Part shown: positions 21,085-29,602 of the stretch, piece by piece
How the letters are laid out: each line of letters opens with the position of its first letter
Position numbering within the stretch: position 1 is the first letter of the stretch
From: Candidatus Hodarchaeota archaeon
GTDB taxonomy: Archaea; Asgardarchaeota; Lokiarchaeia; Sigyniarchaeales; SOKP01
Direction of reading: 5' to 3'
DNA length: 64,000 bases
Assembly: GCA_048886685.1 (NCBI GenBank)
Contig: JBHLKM010000002.1
Location: forward strand, 263,532-327,531
Position numbers and translations under genes: made by a program
The notes under the pieces: generated by a model
The model's database searches: none
Seen by the model: the letters and a program-made list of their open reading frames with translations, nothing else
Told to the model about the DNA's origin: nothing

Positions 21085-21088
21085 TTAT

Positions 21089-22264
21089 ATGGTTATCCAT
21101 GGTATTAAAGATAAGGTTGCGGTTATTGGTTGTGAAGCTACAAAATATGGTGAATTATGGAATAAAAGCAAAGAGGATTTACTTTTTGAATCAACTCAAG
21201 GTGCAATTAAAGATGCTGGTATTACCAAAGAGGATATAGATGCCGCTTGGCTAGGGGTTTATTATTTCTTTACAGGTGTTTCTGGAACTACTTTAGAAGA
21301 TTCACTAAGGTTAGGTGGTAAACCAGTAACTAGATGTGAGAATTATTGTGCTTCTGGAATGGATGCCTTCCGTAATGCTTGTTTCGGGGTTGCTTCTGGA
21401 GCATATGATGTAGCTATGGCCTGTGGTGTGGAAAAATTAATGGATGAGGGAGGAAGAGGGCTTCCTGGTACTACAGTAATGGGTCATCCTGTATTACCAC
21501 GTCCATCAGCACCTGCGATCTTTTGTCTACTTGCTACTCGTAGTTTTCATGAATATGGATGGAATAAAGAAGATTTAGCGCGTGTAGCTGTAAAAAACCA
21601 CGAAAATGGCTATTATCATCCAAAGGCGCATTTCAAAATGAAAATCACATTGGAACAAGCGTTAAATGCTCCAATGATTGCCGATCCTCTTGGGAGGTTT
21701 GATTGTTGTGCTATGAGTGATGGTTCTGCTGCGTTAATCCTAACTCGACCTGAGCTAGCAGAATCTTATGCTCATGCCGATGATTATGTTCTTGTTAAAT
21801 CCAACTCTCTATCTGTGCATACGGCGTTCCCTTGGTATGATACAAAGTTCGAATTTACATCAGCCCCGGCAACTGTTGATGCTGCAATAATGGCATATAA
21901 AGAAGCAGGTATTACAAATCCTAGGAAAGAGATTGACTTAGCTGAAGTTCATGATTGTTTTACTATAACTGAGTTATTAAACTGTCAAGATCTACAATTT
22001 TGCGAGCGAGGAAAAGCAGCTGAAGAATTAAAAAATGGTACATTTAATTGGGATGGGGAAACAGCAGTGAACCCAAGTGGTGGACTTAAATCATTTGGTC
22101 ATCCAATTGGAAGTACTGGATGCAGAATGGTTCAAGAGGTTACAAAACAACTACAGGGAAGAGCAGAAGGAAGACAAGTACCTGACGCAAGAATTGGTTT
22201 AGCTCACAACCTCGGTGGAGCTTATGCTGTCTGTTCGGTTACTATCTTAGGTCAAAAAGACTAA
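21089..22264 (+). CDS. SCP-x-type thiolase, copy 2 (tandem paralogue)
   Basis: Same motifs; long identical peptide blocks shared with copy 1. Confidence 0.9.
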   Translation: MVIHGIKDKVAVIGCEATKYGELWNKSKEDLLFESTQGAIKDAGITKEDIDAAWLGVYYFFTGVSGTTLEDSLRLGGKPVTRCENYCASGMDAFRNACFGVASGAYDVAMACGVEKLMDEGGRGLPGTTVMGHPVLPRPSAPAIFCLLATRSFHEYGWNKEDLARVAVKNHENGYYHPKAHFKMKITLEQALNAPMIADPLGRFDCCAMSDGSAALILTRPELAESYAHADDYVLVKSNSLSVHTAFPWYDTKFEFTSAPATVDAAIMAYKEAGITNPRKEIDLAEVHDCFTITELLNCQDLQFCERGKAAEELKNGTFNWDGETAVNPSGGLKSFGHPIGSTGCRMVQEVTKQLQGRAEGRQVPDARIGLAHNLGGAYAVCSVTILGQKD

Positions 22265-22308
22265 TTAAGAAGTGAATTAAAAAAAAGAAGATAAAAAAAT
22301 TTTTTATT

Positions 22309-22692
22309 TTATTCAAGTCCTATTTTAGAAGCATATTTGATTATCATAAATATTATAAAAGCAATAATAACGAAATTAATAAAAGCAGCTATAAAATTAC
22401 CTATCCCAAAAACACCAAGCTTAATATCTTGAATTGTATCAAAACCGGGTATAAATATTCCGATTATCGGTGTTATTATATCTTGAGCTAGTGATAAAAT
22501 AAGAGCGTTGACAGCAAGTCCGATAATGAAAGCGGATGCTAATCCAAGGATTTTGTACTTTTTAATGAACTGTAAAAATTCAGCAGCAAGACTTTTTGGT
22601 TTCTCTGGAACCGGTTCTGGTTTAGGAGTAAGAAGCTCCCGTATTTTCTTTAATTCTTCCAACATTTCATTTTCTTTTGACATTTTATACAC
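22309..22692 (-). CDS. mscL: Large-conductance mechanosensitive channel
   Basis: EFLQFIKKYKILGLASAFIIG, DIITPIIG, GNFIAAFINFVIIAFIIF. Confidence 0.88.
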   Translation of the reverse strand: MYKMSKENEMLEELKKIRELLTPKPEPVPEKPKSLAAEFLQFIKKYKILGLASAFIIGLAVNALILSLAQDIITPIIGIFIPGFDTIQDIKLGVFGIGNFIAAFINFVIIAFIIFMIIKYASKIGLE

Positions 22693-22985
22693 ATATTTTA
22701 GTATTTTTTAATTAGAGTAATTAATAATTTATTCCTTAATTATATAAATTTAATTTATATATTTCATAAAGGAGCAATTAAAGACATATACAGTAATGAC
22801 AGAAGTAGAAATAAACACTCTTTTCTCTAAAATCCTAAATAAAAAAATTATTTCTGGTTAATCTATATATTTGGATAATTTTTTTACTAAATTTTAAATA
22901 AGTTTATAAGGTGGTATTTCTATTAGAATAACTCAATAGACATCATTAAATTTTACGTAAAAAGGATACAAGGAGGAATAATCAA

Positions 22986-23894
22986 CTGAAAAGTCATAGA
23001 GAATACCTAGAAAAGAATGAGTCTTTAGAGGAATTATGTTGTAAAGAGCCAGATATTGCTTTTAGGGGAGGTAATAAAGTTTGTTTGAATTGTGGATTGA
23101 TATCAGATATTCATTTGGTCGAAATTGAAAGAAGAGCTTATAATAAAGAAGAAATTGAAAATAGAAAACAGACTGAACCAAGATGGAGAGAGTTTGGATC
23201 TAGAACTGTACTTTCTAAAGACAAATTGGATTATAAAGGAAATAATTTGGGGCCTGAAAAAAATACTCTTTTCTTACGTTTATCGAAAATTCAGAATTCT
23301 TTAATTACAAGCATCGAGAGAAATTTCTGGGAAGCTAAGCCAAAAATGAAACTAATTGTATCTAAATTGAATATTCCTGAATACATTCATGAAACAGCGT
23401 GGAAAATATATTGTCTTATAGCAAAAAAAAAGTTAACCATGGGACGTTCAATTGAAGGTTTTATTGCGGCATCTCTATATGTGGCAATTAGAGTACATGA
23501 ATTTCCAAAAATATTAGAAGAAATTAGTGATGTAACTATGATCCCCCGTAAGACTATAATACATAGTTTAAGTTTAATTCTTAGGGAAGTTTTACCAGAA
23601 TTAAATTTAAATTATAAACCTATTAGTGTTAAACAGCTAATATATAAATTTGGAAATGAATTAGGTCTTTCAATGGAGATTCAAAAGAATGCTTTGAATT
23701 TAGTTTCTAATTCTTCAAAAAGGGGGCTCTCTTTGATTGGAAAAGATCCTAAAGGATTTGCAGCATCATCAATATATCTATCAGCAAAATCTTCAGGCAA
23801 AAAATTGACTCAAACTGAAATAGCTAAAGCTACTAAAATAACAGAAGTCACGTTAAGAACTAGAATAAAAGAGCTTAAAAATACGATGAATTAA
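22986..23894 (+). CDS. tfb: Transcription initiation factor IIB paralogue
   Basis: Zn ribbon CCKEP...VCLNCG, MGRSIE, GKDPKGFAASSIY, TQTEIA...TEVTLRTR. The track start (23085) bisects the Zn ribbon; the frame is open upstream to CTG 22986, 9 nt after AGGAGG. Confidence 0.88.
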   Translation: MKSHREYLEKNESLEELCCKEPDIAFRGGNKVCLNCGLISDIHLVEIERRAYNKEEIENRKQTEPRWREFGSRTVLSKDKLDYKGNNLGPEKNTLFLRLSKIQNSLITSIERNFWEAKPKMKLIVSKLNIPEYIHETAWKIYCLIAKKKLTMGRSIEGFIAASLYVAIRVHEFPKILEEISDVTMIPRKTIIHSLSLILREVLPELNLNYKPISVKQLIYKFGNELGLSMEIQKNALNLVSNSSKRGLSLIGKDPKGFAASSIYLSAKSSGKKLTQTEIAKATKITEVTLRTRIKELKNTMN

Positions 23895-24419
23895 ATTCAA
23901 TAGACAAAATCTAGTTATTAAAAAATGAAAAAAATTTATTATTTATTGATCCTATTCAATATAAGCAAATATTAATAAAATTTAAAATTAGACTTTATGA
24001 TTTAGCATAAATATTAGTATAATTTTGTCTAAGAAAATATACTTTATATAGGCGTTGAGTTTAAAAAGAAAGGGCAAGAATATGGGATAGACTTGATGTC
24101 TGTTTCACAGAAGTTTCTGTAAAGTTTAGTGAGAGAATAGAAAAGTTTTTAGTTCCTAGATTTGATCAATTAACATAAATTATATATTCAAACAAAACAC
24201 TAGCTTCTGAAGTTGGAACTGAAATTTCAAAAGAAAATAACCTTGTAATACAATTTTCTAAAGTATAACTTTATAATACAAACTGTTGAGCATTAAAGTG
24301 TAATTCCACTATTTTACTATTCAAAATATTAGTAATAATTAAAATATTCTATATTCAAACAACAAATATTATCACGGGGATTCAAAAATTATTTAATTTT
24401 ACAATAATTTTGATTAATC

Positions 24420-25271
24420 ATGGATGCTACTTTTAATAAATTTAGAGGAGACGTAAAAACAGAAACTGTTAAATATTTAGCAGATCCGCAGCTTAGAAAT
24501 ATTGTTAATGTGTCTATTGCTCTGGGACGCCCTTTGCTAGTGAAAGGAGAACCTGGAACAGGAAAAACTATGCTAGCCCATGCGATAGCGTTAAATTTAG
24601 GCAAAAGATTAATAATCTGGAATATTAAGAGTACAACTGAAGCTATTGATGGGTGCTATATGTATGACACAGTTCAAAGATTGAATGATAGTAGATTCGG
24701 ATGTGAGGATCGCGATGTTAATAATATTCATGATTATATCACTTTTGGTCCATTAGGAGACGCTTTTAATTCTGATGAGCAGGTTGTACTTCTTATAGAT
24801 GAAATTGATAAAGCTGATATCGAGTTTCCAAATGATTTATTGCAGGAATTAGATGTTATGGAGTTTTATATAAAAGAAACAAAAGAATTTATAAAAGCAA
24901 AAACCAGACCAATAGTAATCATTACTTCTAACAATGAAAAAGAACTTCCTGATGCATTTTTAAGAAGATGTGTGTTCCATTGGATTGAATTTCCTTCAAA
25001 AGAATTTATGGCAGATATATGTAATCTTCATTATCCAAACCTAAAAGAAAATTTATTGGAACAATGCCTAAATCATTTTTATGCATTAAGAGCCATAACC
25101 AAAATGCGAAAATTACCTTCTACTTCTGAACTCCTTGATTGGATTGGAGTATTATTGAAAAGTGGAATAAGCATTGAAGAATTACGCACCCAAATTCCTT
25201 TTTTGGGAGTTTTGATAAAAAAAGAGAAGGACCTTGAAATAGCCCTAGAGAAAATCAAATTTCCTTCATGA
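24420..25271 (+). CDS. moxR: MoxR-family AAA+ ATPase
   Basis: GEPGTGKT, LLIDEIDKAD, FPNDLL, NNEKELPDAFLRRC. Confidence 0.93.
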   Translation: MDATFNKFRGDVKTETVKYLADPQLRNIVNVSIALGRPLLVKGEPGTGKTMLAHAIALNLGKRLIIWNIKSTTEAIDGCYMYDTVQRLNDSRFGCEDRDVNNIHDYITFGPLGDAFNSDEQVVLLIDEIDKADIEFPNDLLQELDVMEFYIKETKEFIKAKTRPIVIITSNNEKELPDAFLRRCVFHWIEFPSKEFMADICNLHYPNLKENLLEQCLNHFYALRAITKMRKLPSTSELLDWIGVLLKSGISIEELRTQIPFLGVLIKKEKDLEIALEKIKFPS

Positions 25272-25319
25272 TTTTAGATTACCTGTTATTTTTTAAAAAT
25301 TTTAATTCAATTACTATCG

Positions 25320-25559
25320 GTGCAGAACTATGAATATTCATGGAACAAGAAAAAATTTATAGAAATAATAGAATTTTATGAGAATGACGATTATCAAGAG
25401 TATCTAGGTGAAGAACAATACCATGATGGTATTAGAGTCCACGATACCTATGTTAGAGGAGATTGGGATATTAACTTTAAAAAACTGGTATATAGCAAGG
25501 AACGAAAGAATTATTATACTGAACAAGGCTGGTATTATCTATATTCTATCCTAGAATAA
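25320..25559 (+). CDS. Hypothetical protein, 79 aa
   Basis: GTG-start ORF filling the gap, followed by a poly-T tract; no motif. Confidence 0.4.
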   Translation: MQNYEYSWNKKKFIEIIEFYENDDYQEYLGEEQYHDGIRVHDTYVRGDWDINFKKLVYSKERKNYYTEQGWYYLYSILE

Positions 25560-25591
25560 AAATTAAAAAAAATTTTTTTTTATCTTTTTTT

Positions 25592-25704
25592 AGTGTGTGG
25601 AAGTCGAAAGGGGAGCACAAGGTTCAGGCTTAGGGTCTGAGGGGTTAAGGCGTGTTAGGATTGGTAAAGGTTAATGAGAAGAAAGAAGGAGTATGTTCTT
25701 GAGC
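25592..25704 (+). repeat. GC/purine-rich dispersed repeat, copy 1
   Basis: 44-nt block, 23-nt divergent middle and 46-nt block; matches 26435..26546. Confidence 0.9.
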
Positions 25705-25791
25705 AAAGATTTTATCTTTATTGTAACACCTGCACAGAGACAACAAGGACAGCTAAAACATAACATTTAAATAACAATTTTTCATATTATA

Positions 25792-26205
25792 ATGATGGTG
25801 ACACCAATGTCAAAACCTACAAGAGAAGATGCCTCCTTACTTCTTCAACTATTGGCGATAAGGGGACAAAATAAAAATTTAACAAAAGCTCTTAGATGGA
25901 TATTTGAAGAATTAGATATAAAGAGTTACGACGAATTTAAAGATAAATATCCATTAAAAAGTGAAGGAAACAGATATATCAGAACTTTTTGTAACAATAT
26001 GGAACTTTTAAGCACTCTTGTGAACAAGGAACTTATTAGTGAAGATCTAGTCTTTGATTTAATGGGTTCTCTAATGTGGGAAAAATTAGGACCAATTGTA
26101 ATAGGTTTACGAAAAGACATAGAGATGCCTAGATATTTAGAGAACTATGAAGTATTAGCTAAAAAATATCCTAGTTGGGCAGAAAAAAATCCTCCTAAAG
26201 TTTAA
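25792..26205 (+). CDS. DUF4760-like hypothetical protein
   Basis: NNMELLSTLVNKELISEDLVFD...WEKLGPIV...R...ENYEVLA pattern. Confidence 0.6.
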   Translation: MMVTPMSKPTREDASLLLQLLAIRGQNKNLTKALRWIFEELDIKSYDEFKDKYPLKSEGNRYIRTFCNNMELLSTLVNKELISEDLVFDLMGSLMWEKLGPIVIGLRKDIEMPRYLENYEVLAKKYPSWAEKNPPKV

Positions 26206-26319
26206 ATAATCAAATCTTAAAATCAACTTTTTTTTTCTTGAAAAGGAATCGTATGATTCAGGTAATATTATATTTAAGTATTGGTTTTCAGCTTTACAGA
26301 AGTGTACAACACAGTCAGT

Positions 26320-26546
26320 AATGCGAACCTTTGGTATGAGACGAGTGCACCCGTAGAAGACGGAGTTGGTGAGGTAGGGGTGTACGTAGGGAACTTTCGG
26401 GCGACCTATTTAGCCTGCTACTCTCAATAGCACGAGTGTATGGAAGTCGAAGGGGAGCACAAGGTTCAGGCTTAGGGCGTAAGGTTATAGAGTGTAGACA
26501 GATTGGTAAAGGTTAATGAGAAGAAAGAAGGAGTATGTTCTTGAGC
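26320..26546 (+). ncRNA. Candidate structured ncRNA or non-autonomous element containing repeat copy 2
   Basis: GC-rich island with no long ORF. Stems GTGCACCC/GGGTGTAC (26345-52/26378-85), TAGG/CCTA around a CT-TTCG-GG loop, and TGAGA/TCTCA; G-U pairs favour the + strand. Confidence 0.45.
26435..26546 (+). repeat. GC/purine-rich dispersed repeat, copy 2
   Basis: 26501..26546 is identical to 25659..25704; the 5' block differs by one substitution and one indel. Confidence 0.9.
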
Positions 26547-26629
26547 TTAGATCTTCTTTTTATTTTTACATTTAATTTCTTCTATTTGGCTCAATAGTAA
26601 ATATATTTAAAGGATTTAAATTTTATTTT

Positions 26630-26932
26630 TTATTTATTTAACCTAAATTTTATGAATTTATGTCCTTTATCTTCAAGAATTTTAGATAATAAAACTCTAA
26701 ATACTGATTCTACATTCTCTCCTGTTTTTGATGAACATTCAATATATTTATAGAATTTATATGATTTCATTATGTCTAACACTTCATCATTTTTACAAAC
26801 CCTTTGTTGTTCAAGGTCTAGTTTACCACCAACTATTATGAGAGGTATATATCTAACTGTCTTCCCAAATTCTGGAAGCCAATCATTTAAAGCAATTAAA
26901 CTTTCATAATTAGTATGATCAAACATAAAAAT
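26630..26932 (-). pseudogene. 5'-truncated Rab-like small GTPase
   Basis: IFMFD...SL..L..W, IVGGKLDL (G4) and ECSSKTGENV (G5) are present; G1-G3 are missing and an in-frame TGA lies just upstream. Confidence 0.8.
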
Positions 26933-27137
26933 TCATAAAAAAAGAGAAAGATCTCGAGATAACTTTGGATAAACTCAAGTTTCCAACCTAATCAATTGAT
27001 TTATTTAAAATTTCTAAACTTTATTTTAAATTCTTCCTCCAAATTTTGATTAAGCAAGAAAAATGAAAAACTAATTCGAATCTCAAACTTTAAAATCCTC
27101 AGCTTTGGATCACTTCATAGAAATACCAAGAAAAAAT

Positions 27138-29126
27138 TTAGGCAGGAATAGCATCCATTACTTTCCCTACAATTGGGAAAGCCTTAATGAATCTTTTTCC
27201 TAATACTCCTATACATCTGGCTATAAGAGTAACTTTTTTGATCTTACCATTACGGTAATCGTCTAAAGCAATTTTGATTTTATCAACATCGCTCCCTATT
27301 CTTTTTCTCAAATAACTTTCAAGATCCTGAATTCCATCCATTATATCTGATATTTGCTCTGTATATTGTTTAATAAGAATTGTATCACTCTTAATCGAAT
27401 CACATTTTACGTTAATATCTCTTAGTAAATCTGTTAATTTTTCCACCCGGTCGCTCATTCCTTTAATAATCACTTGAGTATTATCTTCTTGTTTTTCCAT
27501 TGTTAGCGATAGCGCAACATCTTCTTTATCGTATCTGCCTTGAGCAAAACCCTCCAATGTTCTGTGAGAGGTATCCTGTGCCTGTTTAAGTTGTTCTAAA
27601 AGGAAGAAATTATTTTGCAATAAAATAGAAGAGAGAGCATTCTGAGCTTCATCAATATCTAACCCACAATCAATAACTAATTCTTTAGCATTCATATTTT
27701 TTACTTTTTTCTCGAAATCTTTCCTCGAAATTTGTCTAGGTACTAATAGATTACATACATATTCGATCTCAAATGGTTGAATTTCTATCGTCTCTTGATT
27801 ACCTGAAGGATTTGTATAAGTAATTATAGCCCCAATTGTATCTCCAACGCAACTTTCTAATGCTTTTAATTTAAAAGTGGGGGCTTCAAATGATCTTGGT
27901 CTTAGGGAATCTATTTTGTATAGGTCATCCATAACCTCTAAGCATGAAGGTACTTGTGTTAAGAGGATTTGAATATTTGTAATTACAAATTTCGAGTTAT
28001 TAATAATTTTTGGCTTGTAATAAAATACAGATTGATCTCCTTCGACTTTCCAGTCTCCACCTCTTAAGACTTCTATCTCATTTTTATTAAATTGGTCTTT
28101 TTCAAGATCCCCAGTTGTTTCAAATCGCTGTTCAAATTCTAGTTTCTCAACTATGTCAAATTCACGGTTAGCTTGAGCCGAAATTACATCTAAATTGTAT
28201 TCTGTTGCTTTTTGAAGAATGGCGTATAGCATAGTTTTAGCTTTAGTATATTGCTCTTTTTTAATTAACTTTCCAACTTTCGATAAATCTACTTCGAGCT
28301 GTTCTTCCATTATTTTTGCTTCTTTAGCCCTTTTTTCCTCATCGATTTTATTTTTGCATAAATCAAGCTGAGAATTAGCTTCTTCAAGAATTTCCTTAAA
28401 GATATATAGTTCAGCTTCTTTAAATATAGATTCTAATTCAGGTTTAGCTTTTGAATATTGCTCCTTTTCTATTAACTTTTCGGTTTTCAGTAATTTTTTT
28501 TCAAGATCACTCATTTTTGCTTTTTCATCACTACTAAAGTATCTTTCCTCTAAAATTTCCCAGTTTTGACTCATTGCAAGTTTCATTTTTTCCTTTTCCC
28601 CTAACTTTTTATAAGTTGCAGCTAGATTGTCCCAAGCCACATCGAAATTACGATCTACTAATATAGCGTTTTTAAATGACCTTATCGCGCCACTGTATAA
28701 TTTTTTTTGAAGCTGACCTTGAGCAAGTTCATACCAATAGTCTTTATTATTTGAATTGATGTCACATGCGTGTTTATACTGCTGAATTGCCTGGTCATAA
28801 TTTTTCTCATCATAATTTATTCTTGCAAGATTAGCCCATGCCTTATCAAAATCCTGTTTGAAGCTTAAGCTTTTTTTAAACGCTTCAATTGCTTCTTTAT
28901 TCTTCTTCATATCCCTATAAGTTAATCCGAGTTTGTTCCATATAGAATAGTTCTCTTTATTAACCTTTGTTAAATAATGAGTATAATATGATACGGCTCT
29001 CTTGTATTCACCTAAATTATAATACGCTGCTCCGATTTTCCTTAAATTCTTCTCATCGTTTGGATTCTTTTTCAATTCCTTTCTACACTCCCTAACTATT
29101 TCTTGGAGGTCCTTTTTTGATAACAT
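27138..29126 (-). CDS. TPR protein with C-terminal adaptin/coatomer appendage-like domains
   Basis: About five TPRs (IGAAYYNLGEY, WNKLGLTY, WANLARINY, WDNLAATY), helical repeats, then Ig-like KPKIINNSKFVITNIQILL and a platform-like alpha/beta segment. Confidence 0.65.
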   Translation of the reverse strand: MLSKKDLQEIVRECRKELKKNPNDEKNLRKIGAAYYNLGEYKRAVSYYTHYLTKVNKENYSIWNKLGLTYRDMKKNKEAIEAFKKSLSFKQDFDKAWANLARINYDEKNYDQAIQQYKHACDINSNNKDYWYELAQGQLQKKLYSGAIRSFKNAILVDRNFDVAWDNLAATYKKLGEKEKMKLAMSQNWEILEERYFSSDEKAKMSDLEKKLLKTEKLIEKEQYSKAKPELESIFKEAELYIFKEILEEANSQLDLCKNKIDEEKRAKEAKIMEEQLEVDLSKVGKLIKKEQYTKAKTMLYAILQKATEYNLDVISAQANREFDIVEKLEFEQRFETTGDLEKDQFNKNEIEVLRGGDWKVEGDQSVFYYKPKIINNSKFVITNIQILLTQVPSCLEVMDDLYKIDSLRPRSFEAPTFKLKALESCVGDTIGAIITYTNPSGNQETIEIQPFEIEYVCNLLVPRQISRKDFEKKVKNMNAKELVIDCGLDIDEAQNALSSILLQNNFFLLEQLKQAQDTSHRTLEGFAQGRYDKEDVALSLTMEKQEDNTQVIIKGMSDRVEKLTDLLRDINVKCDSIKSDTILIKQYTEQISDIMDGIQDLESYLRKRIGSDVDKIKIALDDYRNGKIKKVTLIARCIGVLGKRFIKAFPIVGKVMDAIPA

Positions 29127-29602
29127 GCTATTTTTATCCCTCGTAAGATAATTTTATCTACTTTTTATTAATAAATTCTATAGTTAATTAAGGAAAATGA
29201 TATTACATGGATATTCTCAGAAACTTATTTTATCCATTAGTATTCCTAATATTATATAGAATTTTTCAGATTTCTTTTTTAATTTTTATTAATAAAAGTT
29301 TATATTTAACGTTTTTGTCGCTGGTAATTAATTCAAAAAATACTTATTCTTAATAATTGAAATTTTAAAGAGAAATAATAAGATGTATTTATTAATGTTA
29401 GGTTTGATATTTAATTATAAAAAGACAAATGTATCAAAATTATGGATTTGTTATTGCTTTATTCATCACGATTATTTCTATAACAAATTTTATTTATAGA
29501 TTTTAGATAATTAAAAAGAAAAAGTAGAAAAGAAAATACTAAATTTTGATTAATTAAGAAAAATAGAAAAACTAAAATTCCCAACTTAAATTTTTTATTT
29601 CC

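Noticed and set aside
23901-24031. MITE bounded by TAGACAAAAT/ATTTTGTCTA
   Set aside because: A 10-bp AT-rich match with no target-site duplication or second copy; plausible by chance.
24045-24270. GTPase remnant (IGVEF, IWD, GQE words)
   Set aside because: The words occur in different frames with wrong spacing; cannot be supported.
26335-26428. Intact group II intron 3' end
   Set aside because: Only a loose resemblance; no AGC/CGC triad helix with GNRA loop can be built and no RT ORF is nearby.
25592-26546. CRISPR array or telomere-like TTAGGG repeat
   Set aside because: Only two long units separated by a gene, with no cas genes. TTAGGG occurs once per copy; the GG runs might allow a weak G-quadruplex but nothing else supports it.
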